DNA of 64,000 nucleotides from Tubulanus polymorphus (lineage: Eukaryota > Animalia > Nemertea), in assembly GCF_964204645.1 (NCBI RefSeq), contig NC_134036.1, positions 7,912,812-7,976,811 of the forward strand, given 5' to 3'. The notes below the pieces were generated by a model. It saw nothing but the letters and a program-made list of their open reading frames with translations. It was not told the DNA's origin and made no database searches. The translations under genes were made by a program, and so were the position numbers. Shown here piece after piece: positions 1-12,396 of the stretch (its first letter is position 1; every line of letters begins with the position of its first letter).

Positions 1-345
1 TTCTTTTACTTGTTGAGGTTTATCATCAAAATAATCTATTCCTAAAACATTATTTCTCAAATTTTGATGGTGTTTTTCTGTTTCGAGATGTCTATTATAA
101 TTCCTTTTTGTTATAAATTCATCACAAACTTCACATTTTATTTCATTCACATTCATATTTTCTAATCGTTCTTTTCTTTCATTGGAATTTTCTGGAGTTT
201 CAAAATCTATTACATTTTTTATATGATTTGCAGTTTTTTCATGTCGTGTTTTATTAGATGTATCGATGTATTTTTTACAATATTGACAATAATATTGATT
301 TTTATTGACATTATTGTTTTCTAGTTGGTGTTCATTCTCCCCCAT
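1..345 (-). CDS. N-terminal zinc-finger region of a protein-primed DNA polymerase B (partial)
   Basis: Own translation from TAAATG at 345: MGENEHQLENNNVNKNQYYCQYCKKYIDTSNKTRHEK..., closely similar to ORF 57202..58095; open to position 1. Confidence 0.8.
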   Translation of the reverse strand, partial: MGENEHQLENNNVNKNQYYCQYCKKYIDTSNKTRHEKTANHIKNVIDFETPENSNERKERLENMNVNEIKCEVCDEFITKRNYNRHLETEKHHQNLRNNVLGIDYFDDKPQQVKE

Positions 346-453
346 TTATTAGGAAAAAAAATTACTTGTGGTGATGAGTGTTAGGAAAAAAATTACTTGT
401 GGTGATGAGTGGTGTCTCGTCCTCTGGCCTGAAAGCCACATATTCTAATTACT
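1..453 (-). mobile_element. Terminal fragment of a third Polinton, same subfamily as element 2; runs off the window start
   Basis: Ends in ...AATTACT at 453. 1-453 aligns by eye to the polymerase end of element 2 (~57750-58175), including the TIR core TTACTTGTGGTGATGAGTGG. A ~30-bp tandem duplication lies at ~350-410. Confidence 0.85.
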
Positions 454-1526
454 GATGTACATGTAAATTACAATGTATGATACCGAAAGACCAAACACGA
501 TTGCTTTAATATTCACAATATTTGACGAAATGAATGAGTGAAGTCACTTATGAATATCTTTTGGCTGATATATAAGATGTATATTAGTCGGTTATTATAT
601 TAACGATTTTTTAAGTATGTAAAAGCAAGGTTAATTCAATATTTTATGTAATATGTGAAAATTTTCTGAAGTTTGAAATTTTTCGAATGTAGATATTTCC
701 GGGCCTCATATCACTATTGATTAACTAACAATCAAGAAATAGATCGGTCAATTTACTAATTACGGCAACTAATCGCTTTGATATTAGCAAACATTCGATA
801 TCTTGTAATGTTTGATGAGAAATTCTTCCGGTGTAGCTATTTCAGGGCCCTATAAACAAGTAGGCTGGTTTTACTTGTAAAAGTATGTCAATATATAAAC
901 CTTACCGTCGGTGTATAGGTTTTTTGACGCCTTATAAAAAGATTACCATATGAAACCTAAACAATGTTAACCATTCAGCGTCATTTTACAAACGACAGCC
1001 GTAAATCGATGTACAAAACATCACAGGTCTATGTGCACACATACAAGCTATTTGGCAAAATATTATTGACTAAGATGTAGAATGGCTTCCTGTGATTATG
1101 TAATGACCTCTATTTGAACGTAGAAATGTTATAATGCATTGAATATCATTAGAAGACGTATTGTAATAGTAAAGGATGTAATATCAGAAGCGGCAGGCAT
1201 AAATAGAAATGATAAGTAAATCGGATCATTCGGTTGAATGGCGGATGTATACACGATTAGGAAGTCTGATATAAAAATCAGACCCTGACATGGGGATGCT
1301 GGTGGAATGACGAAGCTATCTCCAATCTGTGTAGGGCCAGCGCGAATTTCATCAGCGCGACATACGGTCCATATAAAAATGTGTAAATATATAATTTCAA
1401 TATTCAAATGTTTTAGAAAATATGTTCGATATTAGGGTTATGCGGGTTTCATGAGATTAGCAATGTAAACTAGCATAGCTGTCATATACGGCTCCGCATC
1501 CTCTGATGGCATGTGTATTAGGTGAT

Positions 1527-1547
1527 AATTCAATTCAATTCTTTATT
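1527..1547 (-). other. Possible 3' tail of a CR1/L2-like LINE fragment
   Basis: Minus strand reads AATAAAG followed by (AATTG)n short repeats, a typical non-LTR tail. No supporting ORF. Confidence 0.25.
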
Positions 1548-2356
1548 GATCCTTATTATATTGAAATTCCGGGATAAAATTCCCAAATTCAATAAAGTTA
1601 CACATTTTAAAATAAGAAAATACAACATACAAGACACACGGGTAATTCATACGGAATAACATAAACAATTTATTTTAGATGACAATGTCTACTTCAACCC
1701 AGAATCAAGATAGGATATCGGGTGACAGCCAAACCGGACCCGCGGGACCGGGCCGGCTGGCTAGGCCACACGATATGCTTGAAGTCATGGTGAAGCAGAC
1801 ATCAGAAGAGGTATTTCATCAACCATGGAGGCAATGAAGTTGCATTGCCAATTTTCAATAAAAAAAATTAAACCACTAATCAGTACAGTCGAAGACCTGT
1901 ATCATCATTCTACCCAATCGCCAAATCTCATAATTGCCCAAATTTCTTAAAACTTCGATTTCAAATTTGCAATTCCACATTAGATTATACCAGAAATTCT
2001 ACATTTTTTCGCAGGCGTCAAATAATTTATCAAAATTAATTTTCTTGTTTACAAATAATTTATCGATACATTTATAAAGATGGAGGCACTGTACTTGGCA
2101 GAATGTATATCTATCAGTATATTCATGTGCTGCTTTTATGAATTTGTCCGTGGAAAGATGCATAAGATAGTGTCTGGAGCTGGATCGAGATCTGGTGTTA
2201 TGTATGTGGGGAAAACTATGAACTACGAGTCTTAGAAACAGTGATTTGGTCTCAACACTTTGACAAGTCTAAAATAAACCAAAGCCCAAATTGATTTAGT
2301 TTACCTGTTTCGGTGAAGAATAATATTTATTATTTAACTGAAAATAGCACATACCG

Positions 2357-2590
2357 GGGGTGTTTACAAGGAGGATTGAGGATGAGTTCAGTTTTTATGT
2401 GAATATTTTTGTCGAATTTTTATCATTTTCTTTCATCTGTTTTGATCTGTCGGCTTCGGCCATGTTTGTGTTATCAAGTATTTTCAAAATGGCTGGGTCG
2501 TTTGTTACTGGGGGATGTTTCACAAGGAGGATTGAGGATGACTTCAGTTGTTATGTTAATATTTTCCTAATTTTCAACATTTTATTTTAT
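2357..2590. repeat. Remnant of the ~154-bp satellite
   Basis: Contains ACAAGGAGGATTGAGGATGA and TCGTTTGTTACTGGGGGATG, as in the arrays at 28836+ and 58590+. Confidence 0.85.
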
Positions 2591-3786
2591 TCATACTCAG
2601 TCCTCCTTGTCAAATGTCCCCAATTAATAAAACGAATCGACTTTACTAAAAATACTTAGCAAAACAAATGATTTGAAATCATCAAATTTTTGTACGATAA
2701 CATTTGCCATTAAGGAGACACTGATCCGATGGCCGTCAATTTTTGTGCCGGTGCATATAGTAACTAATTACGTCGTTTTATTTTAGAATACATGTATCTA
2801 TTAGTTAAAACAGGAGTGATGTGAATATTCCTGCCTCTTATTTCCGTCTTGTAGCCGCGTTCTAAACCCGCTGAAGTTGGTATATTAAACCCGCATGCAC
2901 CATAAAAGAATGAAGCAGACAGTTTAGCAGTAGAGTTAGAATATTTTAGTACACCTACTTCATTGTGCCGATATGATCTAATTTCCACACAATAGTCGCC
3001 GCCCAAATCGTATTGTGGTAACGCTTGGTTAGAGCTTCATTCGAGAACCAGCCACCACGTATAGCGCACGTACACCAGTGAAGAAAGAGCCTGTATTGAG
3101 ATATGATTACCCACCAAAGCCAAGTCAGAAAATTTCAACATATCTGGTAAGTTTTAGATTATAATTAAGATTAACGATCATGACATGTATTTAAATTCAG
3201 TGGATTCGTGAACTATCTTTCATTTCAAAGATTTTGTAGTTAGATTTTGTTGTATGTGTTTAGTACCATTCTTCAAAAACTGAATTAGTTTTGTATTCAA
3301 ATCTTCTATGTCAGGCTTAATTTAATTTCTCAAGTTCAATTTATTTCATTCTTATAGTTGACATTTTCGTTCGGAAACCTTACAATCTTTAGTTTTCGTT
3401 TGTAGATACCCAAAACGCCCTAGTGATAGATATCTCGACAAGTCAGAATCATATTTTCGAAAACTTTTAGAATATAACGGTGAGTATTCAACATATTCAT
3501 TGCTGTTAGTTTCTCCTATGTGTGAAGATTTCTTTTTTAGAATAATTTGCTTATGTTTTCTCAATCTGTCTTAGAATTGATAGCACACTGGAAACAAAAT
3601 CGATTGAATAGTCAACATTAAAACATGGGATCTTTATTTAATCTGAATGGTTGAGTAAGTGTTCATTTTATATAAGAATGAATTAGAATCTTTCAACGAT
3701 GAATAACAGTGAAAGAATGAATTGAGTTTTCTGATATCGTTTCGCTAGGGTATTCATCGTGTGTAGCAGGATCTGCAAGTGGTATA

Positions 3787-3929
3787 GCAGCAGCATCCTG
3801 TCAACATATAGGAGAGACTGCATCCGTCAAAACAGGAGCAGCACCAACCGTCAACATAGGAGCAGCAGCATCCATCAACATAGGAGAGGCAGCATCCGTC
3901 AACATAGGAGCAGCAACAGCAGCAGCACA
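3787..3929. repeat. 24-bp minisatellite (GCAGCAGCATCCGTCAACATAGGA); variable-length copies also at ~32638-32790 and ~62336-62540
   Basis: Direct tandem units visible; unit number differs among the three macro-repeat copies. Confidence 0.85.
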
Positions 3930-4699
3930 ATATGAAGCGGCATCAAAAGTTTAAAAAAAAGTAAGTTTAAATATAAGTTTTTCACCCCTAAGCTGAAAAT
4001 ACAGAACCGGAAACTGTCAAGGTTTTTCAGAGCTTCATTTTCCTGAGATAGTAACTAGAGAAAATATCGGCAAACTCTTCGGTACCGGGATTAAGTTCCA
4101 CGGCGACGAGATACCACCAGGAGCTCCAGACATCCCAAACAGTGGTTCATATAGATCTTAATTTCTATTTCGATAGTCATTACAGCACTTTTTTGTAAAC
4201 ATTTTCAGTAAAAAATAATAAGCGCTTCGTTCGACTTCGAAAAAAAGACAAGTTTGTTTGGTCTTTTAAAACCTTGATTTCTTCCAGCAAAGGTTAATTC
4301 TACAGAGCTCATTGATGCGCAGTGCCGGTACATAGATTCACAAACTTGAACATAGATTCACAAACTTGAGCTGCAAGAGCAATATGAGCGACAGAATGCA
4401 ACGGAGGAAAAATGAATCGCTTAATAAAAAAGATAAGTAGAGTTTATCACTAGGAGCTGTAAAGTATTTTGAATGCAGTCTGATATGTGTAAAATTGTAA
4501 GTGTAGAAGATTCACTCATTGTTTCGGTCTAACTAAGTTGTGACTGATGTACATGTAACACTGATTGTTTACACAGTCATTTCACTTATTCCTCCTCATT
4601 TGGAAGAATGTTTATTCTCTCATCTTCATTAGCAATAAGAATCATTTCCATCCATTTAACCGCGACATCGTGGCATTTCTACCTCTCTGATTCTAGTGT

Positions 4700-5160
4700 G
4701 GATTAGGAGTGGTTTCGAATAGGGAAGGGTACAGAGGAGCTCACACGTAGGGTTGAATAGGACAATGTGATAAGGTTCGGTCGAGTTGGATGGTGCAGGA
4801 TGCGTTGGTGTGGTTTGGTTGGATGGTGACTTTGGTAGAACTGATCATGGGGTGAGTGGTGTATGTGGTAGTATAGGGTAGTGTAGTTCGGTAGATCTGC
4901 GATAAGAGATAGAAAGGCTGGTGTAAGGGCATTACAGAAGTGACGGTGGTAGGGTTCGGGTAGGAGGATTAGGTGGGGTATGGTAATAGGATAGAGTAGG
5001 ACAGGATGTGATAGGGTAAGGTCTCTGGGTGGGGTAGGGTTGTCTGGTTGTGGTTTGGTTTGGAATCGGTTTATTTCTTGGAAGGGTACGCTTAGTACAA
5101 TGTTTGATAGGCGTATTGCAATAGACAGTGTAAATGTCGGTAGGCATTGTAGGGCCAGGT
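4700..5160 (+). repeat. G-rich, strand-asymmetric low-complexity tract (GGTAG/GATAG/GGTTG pentamer-like); copies at ~33560-34020 and ~63350-63750
   Basis: Strong G/T skew with 5-nt periodic motifs. Confidence 0.7.
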
Positions 5161-5528
5161 GAAATGGGGCAGGTTAGAACGTGTTGAGCTTGAATGAACC
5201 GAACACTGATATATGATTAAAAAAGAAATCATGCAATGAGAAAAACATAGATCGTCGAAAAATTAAAGAGATGTTACCTAAGCATCCAAGACCTTACGAT
5301 GGCAATGTTTTTGAAAGCCACACGATGCAATGAATTTTGATTTCAAATAGTTTAGTACCATCGTCAACCATTTCAATATCACGCGATGACTGGTATAGCG
5401 CGTATCTGGATATGCTCTTGGTCTCAATACTTTCATAACAGACCCGTAGCCGGGGATTTTGAAATTTTGAAAAGGAAAGTTGGCTACAAAAAGAGTTTGA
5501 TATCAACTACCCAGAGTCTGATAACAAC

Positions 5529-6287
5529 AGTAATAGGGGTTTAGTTGTTCTATACCAAAGGTCGAAAGGTCGAGGTCGATAAATTTTCCAAATGTGAAAA
5601 TAACAAGAATTTCTACTTGAGTTAGTCGCGTACACTCCTAATTCAAGTAGAAATTATTATTATTTTAACATTTGGAAAATTTATCAACCTCGACCTTTCG
5701 ACCTTTGATATAGAACAACTAAACCCCTATTACTCTATCTAATCACAAGTCTCATAATTTACAAGCCTCAACACGTTGAGTATTGCGTATTACATGTTGA
5801 TTCTAGAACCATCCATCTAGAAAACTACATTAGCCAATCACAGTTGAGTATTACTCTAGCCAATCACAGTTGAGTATTTCCAGCCAATCACAGTTGAATA
5901 TTCCCTATTAATCTATCCAATCACAGTTGAGTATTTCCAGCCAATCACAGTTGAGTATTTTACTATTAATCTATCCAATCACAGTTGAGTATTCCCTATT
6001 ACACTAGCCAATCACAAGCCTCATAATTTACAAGTCTCAACACGCAGCTTGGTTTTCCCCACTGTTGAGTGGTATAAATAGGCGGGACTCACACGTGGTT
6101 GGACTCACACGTGGCGGGACGCGTTGAGAGGTAAGTGTTATGTTCAATTTTCAATAAAAAATTTGATATTAAAATGGAAGCAAATAAGTACTACTGTCCA
6201 ACATGTAATATCAATATAGATAAATCCCAAAAAGCAAGACACAATAAAACTAAAACACATTTAGATAATAAATTGAAACTAGAATAT
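5529..6287 (+). repeat. Left terminal inverted repeat of element 1 (~760 bp), extending into the pPolB coding start
   Basis: Reverse complement of 21851-22633; identity stops after ...CTAGAATAT. Confidence 0.95.
5830..6136 (+). promoter_or_regulatory. Pol II-like promoter in the TIR: tandem CCAAT-box repeats (CCAATCACAGTTGAGTATT), TATAAATA at 6073-6080, GGCGGG boxes, two CACGTG E-boxes (6092, 6108)
   Basis: Motifs read directly upstream of the pPolB ATG at 6174; largely mirrored in the right TIR. Function inferred. Confidence 0.55.
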
Positions 6288-9200
6288 AAAGATGATATAT
6301 TAGAAACTAAATTAGATGAATTAAAGAATGAAAAAGAAACATATAAATGTGATACATGTAATCAATCATTCAGTGATAAAAGATATTATAAAGAACATTT
6401 AAAATCTAAAAGTCATATTAGAAATATGAATAATGATATTTTAGGTGAAGATTATTTTGATAATGATAATGATAAGAAACAGAAGACAATTAAAAGAATA
6501 AGAAATAAATTAAACAATAAAAGACCATACATGGAAGATGTAAGAAAATATATTAATTTATTGGATAATAAAAAAGATATTGAGATAACCGAAGCATTTA
6601 AAAGTGATATTGGTCCAGCAGCTATCGAGTTTAAATTTCATAAAGGAAAAACATTAGAAGAAAATAAAAAACATTTAGAAAATATGAAAGAAATAATAAA
6701 AATAATAACTGATGTTGAATACCCTAAAATTAGTATATCTTCTAAAGTTAAATTCATAAAATCTGAAGATAATCCAATATATAATATAAATTCTCATTCA
6801 CAACATACTATATCTAAACAACATATAGATGATAAATAAGATAAATTTTATAATGAAGTAAAAACTAAAATAGAAGAGAAATATTTTGAAGGATCTGGTT
6901 TAATATTTGATGAAATAATATTTATGACTTTACATGTTTATAACACAAAATATAATAAGTTAACTAAATCAAAACCAATAGATGAAAATAATATATCATA
7001 TTATAAAGAACCAGATATTGAAGCATCGAGTTATATCAAACTACCATTTAAAACTAATGCTGTAATAAATGTACAAAATGAAGATGATAAATGTTTTCTA
7101 TGGGCTATAATAAGTTGTTTACATCCAACAGAAGATATTACACATAGTTTTAGATTAACTCATTATAAACCATTTGAAAATAATTATAAGATAGATAAGT
7201 ATCCTGTTAAAAACTAAAAACATCCCAAAAATAGAAAGGGATATTAATATAAAGATAAATGTATTTGATTTATTCAAATTACCAAATACAAAAGGTAACA
7301 ATATAAAACATTATACATTAGAACCTCTATACTTATCAAAAGATTATGATTCAAATGATGTGATAGATATATTATGTTATGAGAAACATTATATGTGGAT
7401 TAAAAGAATTGATTTATTTTTCAAATCAGAAAATGATTTTGATAATAAAATATATGTATGTAGAAAATGTATAACTAAATTCAGAACTGAAAGGGCATTA
7501 TTAAATCATAAACAATTATGTGAAAATCATGATTATTGTAAATTAGTTTTACCAAATGAAAAAGATAAAATATAAGAATTCAAAAAATATGATTACAAAA
7601 ATAAAGTACCATTTGTAATATATGGAGATTTTGAATCATTAAATAAAGAACTAACTGATCAAGATAGAAAAGAAATATATTATAAAAGAAGGAAATTAAA
7701 TTCTAATGAAAATGATTTTTCAGATGAACCACCAAAAACAAATACTATTAAAAAGATTCATCAATCAGCTGCTGCTTTCGGGTTATATATAAAATCTGAT
7801 TATCCAGAACTAATTGAAAGTAAATATTATGATTATAGAAATGAAAATGTTATCAATCATTTTTGTGACTTATTAATTGAATATGAAATAAGATTTAGTA
7901 AATTATTGAATACAAATATAGAAATTATAATGACAGAAGAAGATAAAGAAGAATTTGAGTTTGCAGATAAATGTTATTATTGTGAAAAGATATTTAATTA
8001 TAAAGATAAAAAAGTAAGAGACCATGATCATTTGAATGGAAAGTTTAGAGGCGCCGCACATGAGAATTGTAATTTACAAGCTAAGAAAATTAATTTTGTA
8101 CCAGTTATATTTCATAATCTATCAGGATATGATGCACATTTATTTATCAAACAGTTATGTCATAAAATAGAAGAAATTAATATTGAAATAGAAGATTAAA
8201 TTCAAATAGATCAAAAGATAAAATACCAACTTATAAATTTAGAATGTTAGCTAAAACATCTGAGAATTATATATCATTCCAATTTGGATGTCTAAGATTT
8301 ATAGATTCATATAGATTTTTAAATAGTTCATTAGATAACTTATCAAAATCATTAGTTGATGATGAATTAAAGATATTAAAAGAATATTACCCAAATATCG
8401 ATGATTTTCAATTAATGAGATATAAAGGAGCAATTCCATATTCATTTTATAAATCACATAATGATTTTAACATAACTGAATTATTGAAAGAACAATTCTA
8501 TGATGAATTAAAAAATGAATATGTTAAAGATGAAGTGTATAATAGAACATTGAATATTTGGAATCATTTCAAAATAGAAAATCATGGACAATTAGTAGAT
8601 ATATATTTAAAATCAGATGTATTATTATTAACCGATATATTCGAAAGGTTTAGAGATGTAAACCTAAAATATTTTAACATTGATCCTTGTCATTGTTATT
8701 CATCACCAGGTTTAACATGGGATTGTGGTTCAAAATTTACAGATATAAAAATGGATTTGTTAACAAATATAGATCAATTACTATTATTTGAAAAATCTAT
8801 AAGAGGAGGAGTTTCAGGTGTATTAGGTGATAGATATTTCAATGTAAATGATAACCCTGGATATAAGTTATTATATATAGATGCAAATAATTTGTATGGT
8901 TGGGCAATGATGGAACCACAACCTTATGGAGTATTTGAATTAACTGAAGTTTTACAGAATGAAAATAATGATAATTTTGATTGGAAGAAAAGAATCCTAG
9001 ATATTGCAGATGATTCAGATACTGGTTACTTCTTTGTTGTAGACTTAGAATATCCTGAACATATTAAATTTAAATCTAGAAATCTAGCATACTGTCCCGA
9101 ACATAAAACTAAATTACCAATAAAGAATTAAACCCGAAAATCATATTCATACAGAAAAGTTAATGGTAACTCAAGAAGATAAATATAATTATGTAGTACA

Positions 9201-10183
9201 TTATAGAATGTTAAAGTTTTATCTAAAACAAGGAATGGTTCTAAAAAAAGTACATAGATATATTTCATTTAGTCAATCTAAGTGGTTAGAAAAATATATA
9301 GATTTTAACACCAAACAGAGAACTGAAGCTAAAACTGATTTCGAAAAAGATTTCTTCAAGTTAATGAATAATGCATTCTATGGTAAGACTTGTGAAAATA
9401 TTAGAAATAGAAATGATATTGAGTTAGTTAGTAATGGTAAAAGGATAAGGCATTTACAATCATATCCTAAGTTCATTGGTAACAGAATATTTGATGAAAA
9501 TTTAGCTGCAGTTAAGATGAGAAGAACATCAATGAAATTTAATAAACCAATCTATGTTGGCGCTTCAGTTTTAGAATTATCAAAATTACTAATATATGAA
9601 TTCTATTATAATGTATTACAACCACTTTTTGGAGAAAAACATATAGAAATATTATATTTTGATACTGACAGTTACATATTAAAGATAAAAACTGATAACA
9701 TAACAGATGATTTAAAAACATTAAAACATTATTTTGATTTTCGTAATTATCCTAAAGATCATGAATTGTTTAGCAATGATAATAAAAAAGTTTAAGGATG
9801 AATTAGGTGGTGAAGAAATGATTGAATTCATAGGTATTCGATCTAAAATGTATTCATATAAAACTAAAGAACATGAAGCTAAAAAGTTAAAAGGAATAAC
9901 AAAAAGTGTAGTAGAAAAGAATATTCATTTTAAAGATTACATCAATTGTATATTCAATGAAGCAGTTAGAAAACATAAGATGAGATGTTTAAGATCTGAA
10001 GATCACGAAATATTTATTGAAGAAATTGAAAAGATAAGTCTAAACCCATTTGATGATAAAAGTTATATTCTGGATGATGGAATTCATACAGTTGCTTATG
10101 GTTGCAACTTAGATGAATACTTAAAATTTAAAAGAGAAGAAACAAAAGAGAACGAGATACTGAAAAGAATTCTAACGTGTTAA
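6174..10183 (+). pseudogene. Protein-primed DNA polymerase B (pPolB), interrupted by stops/frameshifts; intein-free allele
   Basis: N-terminal Zn fingers; vOTU-like DDKCFLWA...EKHYMW; endonuclease VII-like CYYC...RDHDH...CN; exonuclease region; motifs A YIDANNLYGWAM, B KLMNNAFYGK, C YFDTDS. Confidence 0.95.
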
Positions 10184-10212
10184 TCAAATTTTAATAAAAA
10201 TATGTTATTAAA

Positions 10213-10566
10213 ATGGAGAGTAAACAAGCGCACAGTGAGAAAAACAAATTATTTCTAGATAGAATAAAAGATACTACAAATATAAAATCTGTAGATTATA
10301 AATTCAAAAAGTTAACAGAATTAAAAATCCATAAGAAATATCTAATTACAAATATTGATACAGTTACTAATAACTATGGAGATAAATTAGTTATACACTT
10401 AGAATATGAAGGATTAAAAGGAAATACATATAAATTCAGAACATATTTACCTGATAGATTTCATAGATTATCAAGTGAAGATTTAGAAGAATTATGTTCT
10501 GGAGATTTCTATTTCGTATACAAAGGTAAGAATGAAAAATGGCATCATGAAATAGATTTCGAATAA
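10213..10566 (+). CDS. Small conserved Polinton protein, possible OB-fold/ssDNA-binding; homolog at 40765-41091
   Basis: Shared T.YG.K...L...F..[YF]LPD and VY.GK pattern with the element 2 ORF; fold is a guess. Confidence 0.55.
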   Translation: MESKQAHSEKNKLFLDRIKDTTNIKSVDYKFKKLTELKIHKKYLITNIDTVTNNYGDKLVIHLEYEGLKGNTYKFRTYLPDRFHRLSSEDLEELCSGDFYFVYKGKNEKWHHEIDFE

Positions 10567-10580
10567 AATATGTAAAATAA

Positions 10581-11337
10581 ATGGTAGAATTAAAAGAATA
10601 CAGAATATTTGTTGATTCTAGAAGGCTTACAAATTATAAATCTCATAATTTACTAGTTCAATTAGATAGGGAATATAAAAATTGTGTAGATTTAAAATTA
10701 GTCAATATAAGTTTATGTAATTCTTTTTATAATATAACGGATAAAACTATTGAAGATAATACTTTTTTAATTCATATTGGAAATCTAAATAAATGGTTTC
10801 ATATAATTTTAAAACCAGGATTATATAATTTAGAAACATTAGCTCAATAAATTAATAGAAGAGCACGGTTGAAAATTAGAAGAGAAGATAAATTTTTAAT
10901 TAGATTTATAAAAAGTGATAGCACAAATAAAATTAAAATAAAGGTATATGATGAAAGTCAACATGCATTTATGGTAAAAAACCTATAGCTAAACTGTTAG
11001 GAATTGCACCAGATACTGTTACAGGAAACGTAGATGGTATTTCAAATATAATACCTTTTACACACTTTTATATTTATTGCAATTTAATCGAGCCTACAAA
11101 AACATTCGAAGCAACTAAAGATACAATTTGTAATTCTAGTATATTAAATATTTTACCATTAAAAATGTTAAACAATTTGGAACGCAAATAAATTATAATT
11201 TAACAGAATGTGATTTTAAACCTTGCATTCCTAAATTTAATAATTTTAAATTAGAAATAAGGAATCACAATGGTTATTTAATTGATTTGAATAACTTTCC
11301 TGTGATATATGAATTAGTTATAAGATGTAGAGAGTAA
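10581..11337 (+). pseudogene. Minor capsid (penton) protein, single jelly-roll type, disrupted
   Basis: IFVDSR...NSFYNI...PGLYN...YIYCNLI...ILNILPL...LIDLNNFPVIYEL pattern typical of Polinton/NCLDV pentons; stop at 10848 plus frameshifts; near-identical to 51076-51832. Confidence 0.7.
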
Positions 11338-11354
11338 TTTTTTTCACTATATAA

Positions 11355-11711
11355 ATGAATATAACTGTTGGGCCGAGCATATGTTTTGGATTTGATTTTA
11401 AACGTGAGAAAGAAATGAAATTTAACGTTAATGATGTAATTACACATATCAAAAATATTGTATTTTCTAATGAAACAATATTTGAGTATGAAACAACAAT
11501 AGATAAAGAAACTTTAAATGTAGAAAAGATTACTAATTTAATTAGAGAATCTTAAAGATTTTATGAATTAGATGAAGATTTTATTATAGATGATATTAAA
11601 AAAATAATAATTGAAATATATACAAATGAAACTAGTAATGAAATAAATGTTGATTTAATCATAAATGAGATAACTAAATATTTTGATGATAGTAATTTTT
11701 TTGATAAATAA
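11355..11711 (+). pseudogene. Hypothetical ~118-aa acidic protein with one in-frame stop
   Basis: Intact ortholog at 50703-51059. Confidence 0.75.
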
Positions 11712-11933
11712 ATGAGTGATAATAAGTGGATAATAACTGGATTATATAATGGAGCATTACTATCAGTTGGAACTGTTGGTTATTCAATGGTATTAAAAAA
11801 AGTATTAAAAATGGGAAGTGTTAATGTTGATAGATTTGATATAAATGATATTCTAAAATTAACGTTAGCAGTTACTTTATCTAATTTAACTATTGATTAT
11901 TTAGAAAAACAAAAATATATTCCTCCCATATAA
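11712..11933 (+). CDS. 73-aa hydrophobic putative virion membrane/core protein
   Basis: Two hydrophobic segments; near-identical ortholog at 50481-50702. Confidence 0.75.
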   Translation: MSDNKWIITGLYNGALLSVGTVGYSMVLKKVLKMGSVNVDRFDINDILKLTLAVTLSNLTIDYLEKQKYIPPI

Positions 11934-11957
11934 ATGCGTAATTATTTTACTAAATAA

Positions 11958-12392
11958 ATGGCTTCTGCAGTTATAACTATTATAGGATCAGCAATTGTTA
12001 ACGCTTTAGCATTTACTGGTGGTGGTTATTTATTCAAGCATATTGATAAAAATGGATCATTAACAGAACAAAAAAGACATAACTTAGTATTAGAGAAATA
12101 TAATAAAGCAGCAGAAGAATATAGAGAAAAGAGACAAAACTATATGGATTACATCAATAAAGAATTATATGATCAGAAAATTTCACATAGAGATTTTCAA
12201 TCAGTTGATGATGCAATGAGTTTATATAACGCGGTAACAAATAAAGAAAAATTACATCTATACAAACCTAATTTATCAGATTATTATACCCCAAGTAAAG
12301 AACAAGAGAAATATGAAATAATATGGATTTTAGGTGGAACTGTTATTGTTATATTTGTTATAAGTTTACTAATTAGTAATTTTTTTTGCTAA
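11958..12392 (+). CDS. Putative membrane protein (N-terminal GSAIVNALAFTGGGYLF, C-terminal TM helix)
   Basis: Hydrophobic termini; ortholog at 50034-50456. Confidence 0.75.
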   Translation: MASAVITIIGSAIVNALAFTGGGYLFKHIDKNGSLTEQKRHNLVLEKYNKAAEEYREKRQNYMDYINKELYDQKISHRDFQSVDDAMSLYNAVTNKEKLHLYKPNLSDYYTPSKEQEKYEIIWILGGTVIVIFVISLLISNFFC

Positions 12393-12396
12393 ATAA

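Larger units (their letters stand above)
2657..5528. repeat. Host macro-repeat block A, copy 1
   Basis: Colinear and highly similar to ~31535-34388 and ~61270-64000. Confidence 0.9.

Noticed and set aside
454-2350. Coding potential in the unique flank (ORF 1129-1407; GC-rich patch ~1730-1770)
   Set aside because: No recognisable motifs or repeat boundaries.
2764-5506. Spliced host gene in block A (GTAAGT donors, TTTGTAG acceptor, Pro/Thr-rich ORFs)
   Set aside because: Could not assemble a consistent reading frame across the three copies; ORFs derive from low-complexity sequence.
5830-6030. CRISPR-like repeat-spacer pattern in the TIR
   Set aside because: Intervening sequences are very short and themselves repeated; they are TIR sub-repeats.
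6129-6136. Splice donor AG|GTAAGT upstream of pPolB
   Set aside because: No convincing acceptor before the ATG at 6174; cannot be supported without transcripts.
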